Shown piece after piece: positions 27,451 to 41,806 of a stretch of DNA of 64,000 nt. A model generated the notes under the pieces. That model searched no databases. It worked only from the letters and a program-made list of their open reading frames with translations, and was not told where the DNA came from. The number at the start of each line of letters is the position of its first letter. The stretch's first letter is position 1. The DNA is from Eledone cirrhosa (taxonomy: Eukaryota). A program made the position numbers and the translations under genes. The stretch covers positions 52,762,001-52,826,000 of the forward strand of contig OZ024746.1 of the NCBI GenBank assembly GCA_964016885.1, written 5' to 3'.

Positions 27451-30400
27451 GCTGAGATGGTAGTGTTGTTGTTGTTGTTATTGTAGTTAGAGGTTGCTGT
27501 GATGGTAGTGTTGTTGTTGTTGTTATTGTAGTCAGTGGTTGCTGAGATAATAGTGTTGTTGTTGTTGTTATTGTAGTTAGTGGTTGCTGAGATGGTAGTG
27601 TTGTTGTTGTTATTGTAGTTAGTGGTTGTTGAGATGGTAGTGTTGTTGTTGTTGTTATTGTAGTTAGTGGTTTCTGTGATGGTAGTGTTGTTGTTGTTGT
27701 TGTTATTGTAGTTAGTGGTTGCTGAGATAATAGTATTGTTGTTGTTGTTATTGTAGTTAGTGGTTGCTGAGATGGTAGTGTTGTTGTTGGTGTTATCGTA
27801 GTTAGTGGTTTCTGTGATGGTAGTGTTGTTGTTGTTGTTATTGTAGTTAGTGGTTGCTGAGATAATAGTGTTGTTGTTGTTGTTATTGTAGTTAGTGGTT
27901 GCTGAGATGGTAGTGTTGTTGTTGTTGTTATTGTAGTTAGTGGTTGCTGAGATGGTAGTGTTGTTGTTGTTGTTATTGTAGTTAGTGGTTTATGTGATGG
28001 TAGTGTTGTTGTTGTTGTTATTGTAGTTAGTGGTTGCTGTGATGGTAGTGTTGTTGTTGTTATTGTAGTTAGTGGTTGCTGAGATGGTAGTCTTGTTGTT
28101 GTTGTTATTGTAGTTAGTGGTTGCTGAGATGGTAGTGTTGTTGTTGCTGTTATTGTAGTTAGTGGTTTCTGTGATGGTAGTGTTGTTGTTGTTATTGTAG
28201 TTAGTGGTTGCTGTGATGGTAGTGTTGTTGTTGTTATTCTAGTTAGTGGTTGCTGTGATGGTAGTGTTGTTGTTGTTGTTATTGTAGTTAGTGGTTTCTG
28301 TGATGGTAGTGTTGTTGTTGTTGTTACTATAGTTAGTGGTTTCTGTGATGGTAGTGTTGTTGTTGTTATTATTGTAGTTATAGGTTGCTGAGATGGTAGT
28401 GTTGTTGTTGTTATTATTGTAGTTAGAGGTTGCTGAGATGGTAGTGTTGTTGTTGTTATTCTAGTTAGTGGTTGCTGTGATGGTAGTGTTGTTGTTGTTG
28501 TTATTGTAGTTAGTGGTTTCTGTGATGGTAGTGTTGTTGTTGTTGTTACTATAGTTAGTGGTTTCTGTGATGGTAGTGTTGTTGTTGTTATTCTAGTTAG
28601 TGGTTGCTGTGATGGTAGTGTTGTTGTTGTTACTATAGTTAGTGGTTTCTGTGATGGTAGTGTTGTTGTTGTTACTATAGTTAGTGGTTTCTGTGATGGT
28701 AGTGTTGTTGTTGTTATTGTAGTTAGAGCTTGCTGAGATGGTAGTGTTGTTGTTGTTTTTGTAGTTAGTGGTTGCTGAGATGGTAGTGTTGTTGTTGTTG
28801 TTATTGTAGTTAGAGGTTGCTGTGATGGTAGTGTTGTTGTTGTTGTTATTGTAGTTAGTGGTTTCTGTGATGGTAGTGTTGTTGTTGTTGTTATTGTAGT
28901 TAGTGGTTGCTGAGATAATAGTGTTGTTGTTGTTGTTATTGTAGTTAGTGGTTGCTGAGATGGTAGTGTTGTTGTTGTTGTTATTGTAGTTAGTGGTTGC
29001 TGAGATGGTAGTGTTGTTGTTGTTGTTGTTATTGTAGTTAGTGGTTTTTGTGATGGTAGTGTTGTTGTTGTTGTTATTGTAGTTAGTGGTTGCTGAGATG
29101 GTAGTGTTGTTGTTGTTGTTATTGTAGTTAGTGGTTTTTGTGATGGTAGTGTTGTTGTTGTTGTTATTGTAGTTAGTGGTTGCTGTGATGGTAGTGTTGT
29201 TGTTGTTATTGTAGTTAGTGGTTGCTGAGATGGTAGTGTTGTTGTTGTTGTTATTGTAGTTAGTGGTTTTTGTGATGGTAGTGTTGTTGTTGTTGTTATT
29301 GTAGTTAGTGGTTGCTGTGATGGTAGTGTTGTTGTTGTTATTGTAGTTAGTGGTTGCTGTGATGGTAGTGTTGTTGTTGTTGTTATTGTAGTCAGTGGTT
29401 GCTGAGATAATAGTGTTGTTGTTGTTGTTATTGTAGTTAGTGGTTGCTGAGATGGTAGTGTTGTTGTTGTTATTGTAGTTAGTGGTTGTTGAGATGGTAG
29501 TGTTGTTGTTGTTGTTATTGTAGTTAGTGGTTTCTGTGATGGTAGTGTTGTTGTTGTTGTTGTTATTGTAGTTAGTGGTTGCTGAGATAATAGTGTTGTT
29601 GTTGTTGTTATTGTAGTTAGTGGTTGCTGAGATGGTAGTGTTGTTGTTGTTGTTATCGTAGTTAGTGGTTGCTGAGATGGTAGTGTTGTTGTTGTTATTG
29701 TAGTTAGTGGTTGCTGAGATAATAGTGTTGTTGTTGTTGTTATTGTAGTTAGTGGTTGCTGAGATGGTAGTGTTGTTGTTGTTGTTATTGTAGTTAGTGG
29801 TTGCTGAGATGGTAGTGTTGTTGTTGTTGTTATTGTAGTTAGTGGTTTCTGTGATGGTAGTGTTGTTGTTGTTGTTATTGTAGTTAGTGGTTGCTGTGAT
29901 GGTAGTGTTGTTGTTGTTATTGTAGTTAGTGGTTGCTGAGATGGTAGTCTTGTTGTTGTTGTTATTGTAGTTAGTGGTTGCTGAGATGGTAGTGTTGTTG
30001 TTGCTGTTATTGTAGTTAGTGGTTTCTGTGATGGTAGTGTTGTTGTTGTTGTTATTGTAGTTAGTGGTTGCTGTGATGGTAGTGTTGTTGTTGTTGTTAT
30101 TGTAGTTAGTGGTTTCTGTGATGGTAGTGTTGTTGTTGTTATTGTAGTTAGTGGTTGCTGAGATGGTAGTGTTGTTGTTGTGGTTATTGTAGTTAGTGGT
30201 TGCTGAGATGGTAGTGTTGTTGTTGTTATTGTAGCTAGTGGTTGCTGTGATGGTAGTGTTGTTGTTGTTATAGTAGTTAGTGGTTGCTATGATGGTAGTG
30301 ATGTTGTTGTTATTGTAGCTAGTGGTTGCTGTGTTGGTAGTGTTGTTGTTGTTATTGTAGCTAGTGGTTGCTGTGATGGTAGTGTTGTTGTTGTTATTGT

Positions 30401-33400
30401 AGCTAGTGGTTGCTGTGATGGTAGTGTTTTTGTTGTTATTGTAGTTAGTGGTTGCTATGATGGTAGTGTTGTTGTTGTTATTGTAGTAAGAGGTTGCTAT
30501 GATGGTAGTGTTGTTGTTGTTATTGTAGTAAGAGGTTGCTATGATGGTAGTGTTGTTGTTGTTATTGTAGTAAGAGGTTGCTATGATGGTAGTGTTGTTG
30601 TTGTTACTGTAGTTAGTGGTTGCTATGCTGGTAGTGTTGTTGTTGTTATTGTAGCTAGTGGTTGCTGTGATGGTAGTGTTTTTGTTGTTATTGTAGTTAG
30701 TGGTTGCTATGATGGTAGTGTTGTTGTTGTTATTGTAGTAAGAGGTTGCTATGATGGTAGTGTTGTTGTTGTTATTGTAGTTAGTGGTTGCTATGATGGT
30801 AGTGTTGTTGTTGTTATTGTAGCTAGTGGTTGCTGAGATGGTAGTGTTGTTGTTGTTGTTATTGTTGTTAGTGGTTGCTGAAATGGTAGTGTTGTTGTTG
30901 TTGTTGTTATTGTAGTTAGTGGTTGCTGAGATGGTAGTGTTGTCGTTGTTGTTATTGTAGTTAGTGGTTGCTGTGATGGTAGTGTTGTTGTTGTTTTTAT
31001 TGTAGTTAGAGGTTGCTGAGATGGTAGTGTTGTCGTTGTTGTTATTATAGTTAGTGGTTGCTGAGATGGTAGTGTTGTTGTTGTTGTTATTGTAGTTAGA
31101 GGTTGCTGAGATGGTAGTGTTGTTGTTGTTTTTCTAGTTAGTGGTTGCTGTGATGGTAGTGTTGTTGTTATTATTGTAGTTAGAGGTTGCTGAGATGGTA
31201 GTGTTGTTGTTGTTATTCTAGTTAGTGGTTGCTGTGATGGTAGTGTTGTTGTTGTTGTTATTGTAGTTAGTGGTTTCTGTGATGGTAGTGTTGTTGTTGT
31301 TGTTACTATAGTTAGTGGTTTCTGTGATGGTAGTGTTGTTGTTGTTATTCTAGTTAGTGGTTGCTGTGATGGTAGTGTTGTTGTTATTATTGTAGTTAGA
31401 GCTTGCTGAGATGGTAGTGTTGTTGTTGTTATTGTAGTTAGTGGTTGCTGAGATGGTAGTGTTGTTGTTGTTGTTATTGTAGTTAGAGGTTGCTGTGATG
31501 GTAGTGTTGTTGTTGTTGTTATTGTAGTTAGTGGTTTCTGTGATGGTAGTGTTGTTGTTGTTGTTATTGTAGTTAGTGGTTGCTGAGATAATAGTGTTGT
31601 TGTTGTTGTTATTGTAGTTAGTGGTTGCTGAGATGGTAGTGTTGTTGTTGTTGTTATTGTAGTTAGTGGTTGCTGTGATGGTAGTGTTGTTGTTGTTGTT
31701 ATTGTAGTTAGTGGTTTTTGTGATGGTAGTGTTGTTGTTGTTGTTATTGTAGTTAGTGGTTGCTGAGATGGTAGTGTTGTTGTTGTTGTTATTGTAGTTA
31801 GTGGTTTTTGTGATGGTAGTGTTGTTGTTGTTGTTATTGTAGTTAGTGGTTGCTGTGATGGTAGTGTTGTTGTTGTTATTGTAGTTAGTGGTTGCTGAGA
31901 TGGTAGTGTTGTTGTTGTTGTTATTGTAGTTAGTGGTTTTTGTGATGGTAGTGTTGTTGTTGTTGTTATTGTAGTTAGTGGTTGCTGTGATGGTAGTGTT
32001 GTTGTTTTTATTGTAGTTAGTGGTTGCTGAGATGGTAGTGTTGTTGTTGTTATTGTAGTTAGTGGTTGCTGAGATGGTAGTGTTGTTGTTGTTATTGTAG
32101 TTAGTGGTTGCTGAGATGGTAGTGTTGTTGTTGTTGTTATTGTAGTTAGAGGTTGCTGTGATGGTAGTGTTGTTGTTGTTGTTATTGTAGTCAGTGGTTG
32201 CTGAGATAATAGTGTTGTTGTTGTTGTTATTGTAGTTAGTGGTTGCTGAGATGGTAGTGTTGTTGTTGTTATTGTAGTTAGTGGTTGCTGAGATGGTAGT
32301 GTTGTTGTTGTTGTTATTGTAGTTAGAGGTTGCTGTGATGGTAGTGTTGTTGTTGTTGTTATTGTAGTCAGTGGTTGCTGAGATAATAGTGTTGTTGTTG
32401 TTGTTATTGTAGTTAGTGGTTGCTGAGATGGTAGTGTTGTTGTTGTTGTTATTGTAGTTAGTGGTTGCTGTGATGGTAGTGTTGTTGTTGTTATTGTAGT
32501 TAGTGGTTGCTGAGATGGTAGTGTTGTTGTTGTTGTTATTGTAGTTAGAGGTTGCTGTGATGGTAGTGTTGTTGTTGTTGTTATTGTAGTCAGTGGTTGC
32601 TGAGATAATAGTGTTGTTGTTGTTGTTATTGTAGTTAGTGGTTGCTGAGATGGTAGTGTTGTTGTTGTTATTGTAGTTAGTGGTTGTTGAGATGGTAGTG
32701 TTGTTGTTGTTGTTATTGTAGTTAGTGGTTTCTGTGATGGTAGTGTTGTTGTTGTTGTTGTTATTGTAGTTAGTGGTTGCTGAGATAATAGTATTGTTGT
32801 TGTTGTTATTGTAGTTAGTGGTTGCTGAGATGGTAGTGTTGTTGTTGGTGTTATCGTAGTTAGTGGTTTCTGTGATGGTAGTGTTGTTGTTGTTGTTATT
32901 GTAGTTAGTGGTTGCTGAGATAATAGTGTTGTTGTTGTTGTTATTGTAGTTAGTGGTTGCTGAGATGGTAGTGTTGTTGTTGTTGTTATTGTAGTTAGTG
33001 GTTGCTGAGATGGTAGTGTTGTTGTTGTTGTTATTGTAGTTAGTGGTTTCTGTGATGGTAGTGTTGTTGTTGTTATTGTAGTTAGTGGTTGCTGAGATGG
33101 TAGTCTTGTTGTTGTTGTTATTGTAGTTAGTGGTTGCTGAGATGGTAGTGTTGTTGTTGCTGTTATTGTAGTTAGTGGTTTCTGTGATGGTAGTGTTGTT
33201 GTTGTTGTTATTGTAGTTAGTGGTTGCTGTGATGGTAGTGTTGTTGTTGTTATTCTAGTTAGTGGTTGCTGTGATGGTAGTGTTGTTGTTGTTGTTATTG
33301 TAGTTAGTGGTTTCTGTGATGGTAGTGTTGTTGTTGTTACTATAGTTAGTGGTTTCTGTGATGGTAGTGTTGTTGTTGTTATTATTGTAGTTATAGGTTG

Positions 33401-35434
33401 CTGAGATGGTAGTGTTGTTGTTGTTATTATTGTAGTTAGAGGTTGCTGAGATGGTAGTGTTGTTGTTGTTATTCTAGTTAGTGGTTGCTGTGATGGTAGT
33501 GTTGTTGTTGTTGTTATTGTAGTTAGTGGTTTCTGTGATGGTAGTGTTGTTGTTGTTGTTACTATAGTTAGTGGTTTCTGTGATGGTAGTGTTGTTGTTG
33601 TTATTCTAGTTAGTGGTTGCTGTGATGGTAGTGTTGTTGTTGTTACTATAGTTAGTGGTTTCTGTGATGGTAGTGTTGTTGTTGTTACTATAGTTAGTGG
33701 TTTCTGTGATGGTAGTGTTGTTGTTGTTATTGTAGTTAGAGCTTGCTGAGATGGTAGTGTTGTTGTTGTTATTGTAGTTAGTGGTTGCTGAGATGGTAGT
33801 GTTGTTGTTGTTGTTATTGTAGTTAGAGGTTGCTGTGATGGTAGTGTTGTTGTTGTTGTTATTGTAGTTAGTGGTTTCTGTGATGGTAGTGTTGTTGTTG
33901 TTGTTATTGTAGTTAGTGGTTGCTGAGATAATAGTGTTGTTGTTGTTGTTATTGTAGTTAGTGGTTGCTGAGATGGTAGTGTTGTTGTTGTTGTTATTGT
34001 AGTTAGTGGTTGCTGAGATGGTAGTGTTGTTGTTGTTGTTGTTATTGTAGTTAGTGGTTTTTGTGATGGTAGTGTTGTTGTTGTTGTTATTGTAGTTAGT
34101 GGTTGCTGAGATGGTAGTGTTGTTGTTGTTGTTATTGTAGTTAGTGGTTTTTGTGATGGTAGTGTTGTTGTTGTTGTTATTGTAGTTAGTGGTTGCTGAG
34201 ATGGTAGTGTTGTTGTTGTTATTGTAGTTAGTGGTTGCTGAGATAATAGTGTTGTTGTTGTTGTTATTGTAGTTAGTGGTTGCTGAGATGGTAGTGTTGT
34301 TGTTGTTGTTATTGTAGTTAGTGGTTGCTGAGATGGTAGTGTTGTTGTTGTTGTTATTGTAGTTAGTGGTTTTTCTGATGGTAGTGTTGTTGTTGTTGTT
34401 ATTGTAGTTAGTGGTTGCTGTGATGGTAGTGTTGTTGTTGTTATTGTAGTTAGTGGTTGCTGAGATGGTAGTGTTGTTGTTGTTGTTATTGTAGTTAGAG
34501 GTTGCTGTGATGGTAGTGTTGTTGTTGTTGTTATTGTAGTCAGTGGTTGCTGAGATAATAGTGTTGTTGTTGTTGTTATTGTAGTTAGTGGTTGCTGAGA
34601 TGGTAGTGTTGTTGTTGTTATTGTAGTTAGTGGTTGTTGAGATGGTAGTGTTGTTGTTGTTGTTATTGTAGTTAGTGGTTTCTGTGATGGTAGTGTTGTT
34701 GTTGTTGTTGTTATTGTAGTTAGTGGTTGCTGAGATAATAGTGTTGTTGTTGTTGTTATTGTAGTTAGTGGTTGCTGAGATGGTAGTGTTGTTGTTGTTG
34801 TTATCGTAGTTAGTGGTTGCTGAGATGGTAGTGTTGTTGTTGTTATTGTAGTTAGTGGTTGCTGAGATAATAGTGTTGTTGTTGTTGTTATTGTAGTTAG
34901 TGGTTGCTGAGATGGTAGTGTTGTTGTTGTTGTTATTGTAGTTAGTGGTTGCTGAGATGGTAGTGTTGTTGTTGTTGTTATTGTAGTTAGTGGTTTCTGT
35001 GATGGTAGTGTTGTTGTTGTTGTTATTGTAGTTAGTGGTTGCTGTGATGGTAGTGTTGTTGTTGTTATTGTAGTTAGTGGTTGCTGAGATGGTAGTCTTG
35101 TTGTTGTTGTTATTGTAGTTAGTGGTTGCTGAGATGGTAGTGTTGTTGTTGCTGTTATTGTAGTTAGTGGTTTCTGTGATGGTAGTGTTGTTGTTGTTGT
35201 TATTGTAGTTAGTGGTTGCTGTGATGGTAGTGTTGTTGTTGTTGTTATTGTAGTTAATGGTTTCTGTGATGGTAGTGTTGTTGTTGTTATTGTAGTTAGT
35301 GGTTGCTGAGATGGTAGTGTTGTTGTTGTGGTTATTGTAGTTAGTGGTTGCTGAGATGGTAGTGTTGTTGTTGTTATTGTAGCTAGTGGTTGCTGTGATG
35401 GTAGTGTTGTTGTTGTTATTGTAGTTAGTGGTTG
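25097..35434 (-). other. Two further long start-less stop-free frames (30791-35434, 1548 codons; 25097-30286, 1730 codons), mucin-like repeat; coding status unproven
   Basis: Bounded by GCTATG (TAG in the Thr frame) at 35435, 30791 and 30287, and by ATTCTAG at 25097. Both lengths are divisible by 3. A cluster of TAG-bearing monomers at 30287-30793 separates them. Confidence 0.25.
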
Positions 35435-35800
35435 CTATGATGGTAGTGATGTTGTTGTTATTGTAGCTAGTGGTTGCTGTGTTGGTAGTGTTGTTGTTGT
35501 TACTGTAGTTAGTGGTTGCTATGCTGGTAGTGTTGTTGTTGTTATTGTAGCTAGTGGTTGCTGTGATGGTAGTGTTTTTGTTGTTATTGTAGTTAGTGGT
35601 TGCTATGATGGTAGTGTTGTTGTTGTTATTGTAGTAAGAGGTTGCTATGATGGTAGTGTTGTTGTTGTTATTGTAGTTAGTGGTTGCTATGATGGTAGTG
35701 TTGTTGTTGTTATTGTAGCTAGTGGTTGCTGAGATGGTAGTGTTGTTGTTGTTGTTATTGTTGTTAGTGGTTGCTGAAATGGTAGTGTTGTTGTTGTTGT
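25900..35800. repeat. ~5.0 kb higher-order tandem duplication
   Basis: The rare variant GGTGTTATCG (C at 27797 and 32855) has offset 5058, and GTTATAGGTTGC (28381 and 33394) has offset 5013. They recur in the same order with the flanking ACTATAG clusters. Confidence 0.75.
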
Positions 35801-38800
35801 TATTGTAGTTAGTGGTTGCTGTGATGGTAGTGTTGTTGTTATTGTAGTTAGAGGTTGCTGAGATGGTAGTGTTGTTGTTGTTATTGTAGTTAGTGGTTGC
35901 TGTGATGGTAGTGTTGTTGTTGTTATTGTAGTTAGTGTTTGCTGAGATGGTAGTGTTGTTGTTGTTTTTATTGTAGTTAGTGGTTGCTGAGATGGTAGTG
36001 TTGTTGTTGTTGTTATTGTAGTTAGTGGTTTCTGTGATGGTAGTGTTGTTGTTGTTGTTATTGTAGTTAGAGGTTGCTGAGATGGTAGTGTTGTTGTTGT
36101 TGTTATTGTAGTTAGTGGTTTCTGTGATGGTAGTGTTGTTGTTGTTATTGTAGTTAGTGGTTGCTGAGATGGTAGTGTTGTTGTTGTTGTTATTGTAGTT
36201 AGACGTTGCTGTGATGGTAGTGTTGTTGTTGTTGTTATTGTAGTTAGTGGTTTCTGTGATGGTAGTGTTGTTGTTGTTATTGTAGTTAGTGGTTGCTGAG
36301 ATAATAGTGTTGTTGTTGTTGTTATTGTAGTTAGTGGTTGCTGAGATGATAGTGTTGTTGTTGTTGTTATTGTAGTTATTGTTTGCTGAGATGGTAGTGT
36401 TGTTGTTGTTGTTATTGTAGTTAGTGGTTTCTGTGATGGTAGTGTTGTTGTTGTTGTTATTGTAGTTAGTGGTTGCTGTGATGGTAGTGTTGTTGTTGTT
36501 GTTATTGTAGTTAGTGGTTTCTGTGATGGTAGTGTTGTTGTTGTTGTTACTATAGTTAGTGGTTTCTGTGATGGTAGTGTTGTTGTTGTTATTCTAGTTA
36601 GTGGTTGCTGTGATGGTAGTGTTGTTGTTGTTACTATAGTTAGTGGTTTCTGTGATGGTAGTGTTGTTGTTGTTACTATAGTTAGTGGTTTCTGTGATGG
36701 TAGTGTTGTTGTTGTTATTGTAGTTAGAGCTTGCTGAGATGGTAGTGTTGTTGTTGTTATTGTAGTTAGTGGTTGCTGAGATGGTAGTGTTGTTGTTGTT
36801 GTTATTGTAGTTAGAGGTTGCTGTGATGGTAGTGTTGTTGTTGTTGTTATTGTAGTTAGTGGTTTCTGTGATGGTAGTGTTGTTGTTGTTGTTATTGTAG
36901 TTAGTGGTTGCTGAGATAATAGTGTTGTTGTTGTTATTATTGTAGTTAGTGGTTGCTGAGATGGTAGTGTTGTTGTTGTTGTTATTGTAGTTAGTGGTTG
37001 CTGAGATGGTAGTGTTGTTGTTGTTGTTGTTATTGTAGTTAGTGGTTTTTGTGATGGTAGTGTTGTTGTTGTTGTTATTGTAGTTAGTGGTTGCTGAGAT
37101 GGTAGTGTTGTTGTTGTTGTTATTGTAGTTAGTGGTTTTTGTGATGGTAGTGTTGTTGTTGTTGTTATTGTAGTTAGTGGTTGCTGTGATGGTAGTGTTG
37201 TTGTTGTTATTGTAGTTAGTGGTTGCTGAGATGGTAGTGTTGTTGTTGTTGTTATTGTAGTTAGTGGTTTTTGTGATGGTAGTGTTGTTGTTGTTGTTAT
37301 TGTAGTTAGTGGTTGCTGTGATGGTAGTGTTGTTGTTGTTATTGTAGTTAGTGGTTGCTGAGATGGTAGTGTTGTTGTTGTTGTTATTGTAGTTAGAGGT
37401 TGCTGTGATGGTAGTGTTGTTGTTGTTGTTATTGTAGTCAGTGGTTGCTGAGATAATAGTGTTGTTGTTGTTGTTATTGTAGTTAGTGGTTGCTGAGATG
37501 GTAGTGTTGTTGTTGTTATTGTAGTTAGTGGTTGTTGAGATGGTAGTGTTGTTGTTGTTGTTATTGTAGTTAGTGGTTTCTGTGATGGTAGTGTTGTTGT
37601 TGTTGTTGTTATTGTAGTTAGTGGTTGCTGAGATAATAGTGTTGTTGTTGTTGTTATTGTAGTTAGTGGTTGCTGAGATGGTAGTGTTGTTGTTGTTGTT
37701 ATCGTAGTTAGTGGTTGCTGAGATGGTAGTGTTGTTGTTGTTATTGTAGTTAGTGGTTGCTGAGATAATAGTGTTGTTGTTGTTGTTATTGTAGTTAGTG
37801 GTTGCTGAGATGGTAGTGTTGTTGTTGTTGTTATTGTAGTTAGTGGTTGCTGAGATGGTAGTGTTGTTGTTGTTGTTATTGTAGTTAGTGGTTTCTGTGA
37901 TGGTAGTGTTGTTGTTGTTGTTATTGTAGTAAGTGGTTGCTGTGATGGTAGTGTTGTTGTTGTTATTGTAGTTAGTGGTTGCTGAGATGGTAGTCTTGTT
38001 GTTGTTGTTATTGTAGTTAGTGGTTGCTGAGATGGTAGTGTTGTTGTTGCTGTTATTGTAGTTAGTGGTTTCTGTGATGGTAGTGTTGTTGTTGTTGTTA
38101 TTGTAGTTAGTGGTTGCTGTGATGGTAGTGTTGTTGTTGTTGTTATTGTAGTTAGTGGTTTCTGTGATGGTAGTGTTGTTGTTGTTATTGTAGTTAGTGG
38201 TTGCTGAGATGGTAGTGTTGTTGTTGTGGTTATTGTAGTTAGTGGTTGCTGAGATGGTAGTGTTGTTGTTGTTATTGTAGCTAGTGGTTGCTGTGATGGT
38301 AGTGTTGTTGTTGTTATTGTAGTTAGTGGTTGCTATGATGGTAGTGATGTTGTTGTTATTGTAGCTAGTGGTTGCTGTGTTGGTAGTGTTGTTGTTGTTA
38401 CTGTAGTTAGTGGTTGCTATGCTGGTAGTGTTGTTGTTGTTATTGTAGCTAGTGGTTGCTGTGATGGTAGTGTTTTTGTTGTTATTGTAGTTAGTGGTTG
38501 CTATGATGGTAGTGTTGTTGTTGTTATTGTAGTAAGAGGTTGCTATGATGGTAGTGTTGTTGTTGTTATTGTAGTTAGTGGTTGCTATGATGGTAGTGTT
38601 GTTGTTGTTATTGTAGCTAGTGGTTGCTGAGATGGTAGTGTTGTTGTTGTTGTTATTGTTGTTAGTGGTTGCTGAAATGGTAGTGTTGTTGTTGTTGTTA
38701 TTGTAGTTAGTGGTTGCTGTGATGGTAGTGTTGTTGTTGTTATTGTAGTTAGAGGTTGCTGAGATGGTAGTGTTGTTGTTGTTATTGTAGTTAGTGGTTG

Positions 38801-41800
38801 CTGTGATGGTAGTGTTGTTGTTGTTATTGTAGTTAGTGTTTGCTGAGATGGTAGTGTTGTTGTTGTTTTTATTATAGTTAGTGTTTGCTGAGATGGTAGT
38901 GTTGTTGTTGTTTTTATTGTAGTTAGTGGTTGCTGAGATGGTAGTGTTGTTGTTGTTGTTATTGTAGTTAGTGGTTTCTGTGATGGTAGTGTTGTTGTTG
39001 TTGTTATTGTAGTTAGAGGTTGCTGAGATGGTAGTGTTGTTGTTGTTGTTATTGTAGTTAGTGGTTTCTGTGATGGTAGTGTTGTTGTTGTTATTGTAGT
39101 TAGTGGTTGCTGAGATGGTAGTGTTGTTGTTGTTGTTATTGTAGTTAGACGTTGCTGTGATGGTAGTGTTGTTGTTGTTGTTATTGTAGTTAGTGGTTTC
39201 TGTGATGGTAGTGTTGTTGTTGTTATTGTAGTTAGTGGTTGCTGAGATAATAGTGTTGTTGTTGTTGTTATTGTAGTTAGTGGTTGCTGAGATGATAGTG
39301 TTGTTGTTGTTGTTATTGTAGTTATTGTTTGCTGAGATGGTAGTGTTGTTGTTGTTGTTATTGTAGTTAGTGGTTTCTGTGATGGTAGTGTTGTTGTTGT
39401 TGTTATTGTAGTTAGTGGTTGCTGTGATGGTAGTGTTGTTGTTGTTATTGTAGTTAGTGGTTGCTGAGATGGTAGTGTTGTTGTTGTTGTTATAGGTAGT
39501 TAGTGGCTGCTGAGATGGTAGTGTTGTTGTTGTTGTTATTGTAGTTAGTGGTTTCTGTGATGGTAGTGTTGTTGTTGTTGTTATTGTAGTTAAAGGTTGC
39601 TGTGATGGTAGTGTTGTTGTTGTTATTCTAGTTAGTGGTTGCTGTGATGGTAGTGTTGTTGTTGTTGTTATTGTAGTCAGTGGTTTCTGTGATGGTAGTG
39701 TTGTTGTTGTTATTGTAGTTAGTGGTTGCTGAGATGGTAGTGTTGTTGTTGTTGTTATTGGTGTTAGTGGTTGCTGAGATGGTAATGTTGTTGTTGTTGT
39801 TATTGTAGTTAGAGTTTGCTGAGATGGTAGTATTGTTGTTGTTGTTATTGTAGTCAGTGGTTGCTGAGATGGTAGTGTTGTTGTTGTTGTTATTGTAGTT
39901 AGAGGTTGCTGAGATGGTAGTGTTGTTGTTGTTATTCTAGTTAGTGGTTGCTGTGATGGTAGTGTTGTTGTTGTTGTTATTGTAGTTAGTGATTTCTGTT
40001 TTGGTAGTGTTGTTGTTGTTATTGTAGTTAGAGCTTGCTGAGATGGTAGTGTTGTTGTTGTTATTGTAGTTAGTGGTTTCTGTGATGGTAGTGTTGTTGT
40101 TGTTATTGTAGTTAGTGGTTGCTGAGATGGTAGTGTTGTTGTTGTTGTTATTGTAGTTAGAGGTTGCTGTGATGGTAGTGTTGTTGTTGTTATTGTAGTT
40201 AGTGGTTTCTGTGATGGTAGTGTTGTTGTTGTTGTTATTGTAGTTAGTGGTTTCTGTGATGGTAGTGTTGTTGTTGTTATTCTAGTTAGTGGTTGCTGTG
40301 ATGGTAGTGTTGTTATTATTGTAGTTAGAGCTTGTTGAGATGGTAGTGTTGTTGTTGTTATTGTAGTTAGTGGTTTCTGTGATGGTAGTGTTGTTGTTGT
40401 TATTGTAGTTAGTGGTTGCTGAGATGGTAGTGTTGTTGTTGTTATTGTAGATAGAGGTTGCTGTGATGGTAGTGTTGTTGTTGTTGTTATTGTAGTTAGT
40501 GGTTGCTATGATGGTAGTGTTGTTGTTGTTATTGTAGCTAGTGGTTGCTGAGATGGTAGTGTTGTTGTTGCTGTTATTGTTGTTAGTGGTTGCTGAAATG
40601 GTAGTGTTGTTGTTGTTGTAATTGTAGTTAGTGGTTGCTGTGATGGTAGTGTTGTTGTTGTTATTGTAGTTAGAGGTTGCTGAGATGGTAGTGTTGTTGT
40701 TGTTATTGTAGTTAGTGGTTGCTGTGATGGTAGTGTTGTTGTTGTTATTGTAGTTAGTGTTTGCTGAGATGGTAGTGTTGTTGTTGTTTTTATTATAGTT
40801 AGTGTTTGCTGAGATGGTAGTGTTGTTGTTGTTTTTATTGTAGTTAGTGGTTGCTGAGATGGTAGTGTTGTTGTTGTTGTTATTGTAGTTAGTGGTTTCT
40901 GTGATGGTAGTGTTGTTGTTGTTGTTATTGTAGTTAGAGGTTGCTGAGATGGTAGTGTTGTTGTTGTTGTTATTGTAGTTAGTGGTTTCTGTGATGGTAG
41001 TGTTGTTGTTGTTATTGTAGTTAGTGGTTGCTGAGATGGTAGTGTTGTTGTTGTTATTGTAGTTAGAGGTTGCTGTGATGGTAGTGTTGTTGTTGTTGTT
41101 ATTGTAGTTAGTGGTTTCTGTGATGGTAGTGTTGTTGTTGTTATTGTAGTTAGTGGTTGCTGAGATAATAGTGTTGTTGTTGTTGTTATTGTAGTTAGTG
41201 GTTGCTGAGATGATAGTGTTGTTGTTGTTGTTATTGTAGTTATTGTTTGCTGAGATGGTAGTGTTGTTGTTGTTGTTATTGTAGTTAGTGGTTTCTGTGA
41301 TGGTAGTGTTGTTGTTGTTGTTATTGTAGTTAGTGGTTGCTGTGATGGTAGTGTTGTTGTTGTTATTGTAGTTAGTGGTTGCTGAGATGGTAGTGTTGTT
41401 GTTGTTGTTATAGGTAGTTAGTGGCTGCTGAGATGGTAGTGTTGTTGTTGTTGTTATTGTAGTTAGTGGTTTCTGTGATGGTAGTGTTGTTGTTGTTGTT
41501 ATTGTAGTTAAAGGTTGCTGTGATGGTAGTGTTGTTGTTGTTATTGTAGTTAGAGCTTGCTGAGATGGTAGTGTTGTTGTTGTTATTGTAGTTAGTGGTT
41601 TCTGTGATGGTAGTGTTGTTGTTGTTATTGTAGTTAGTGGTTGCTGAGATGGTAGTGTTGTTGTTGTTGTTATTGTAGTTAGAGGTTGCTGTGATGGTAG
41701 TGTTGTTGTTGTTGTTATTGTAGTTAGTGGTTTCTGTGATGGTAGTGTTGTTGTTGTTGTTATTGTAGTTAGTGGTTTCTGTGATGGTAGTGTTGTTGTT

Positions 41801-41806
41801 GTTATT

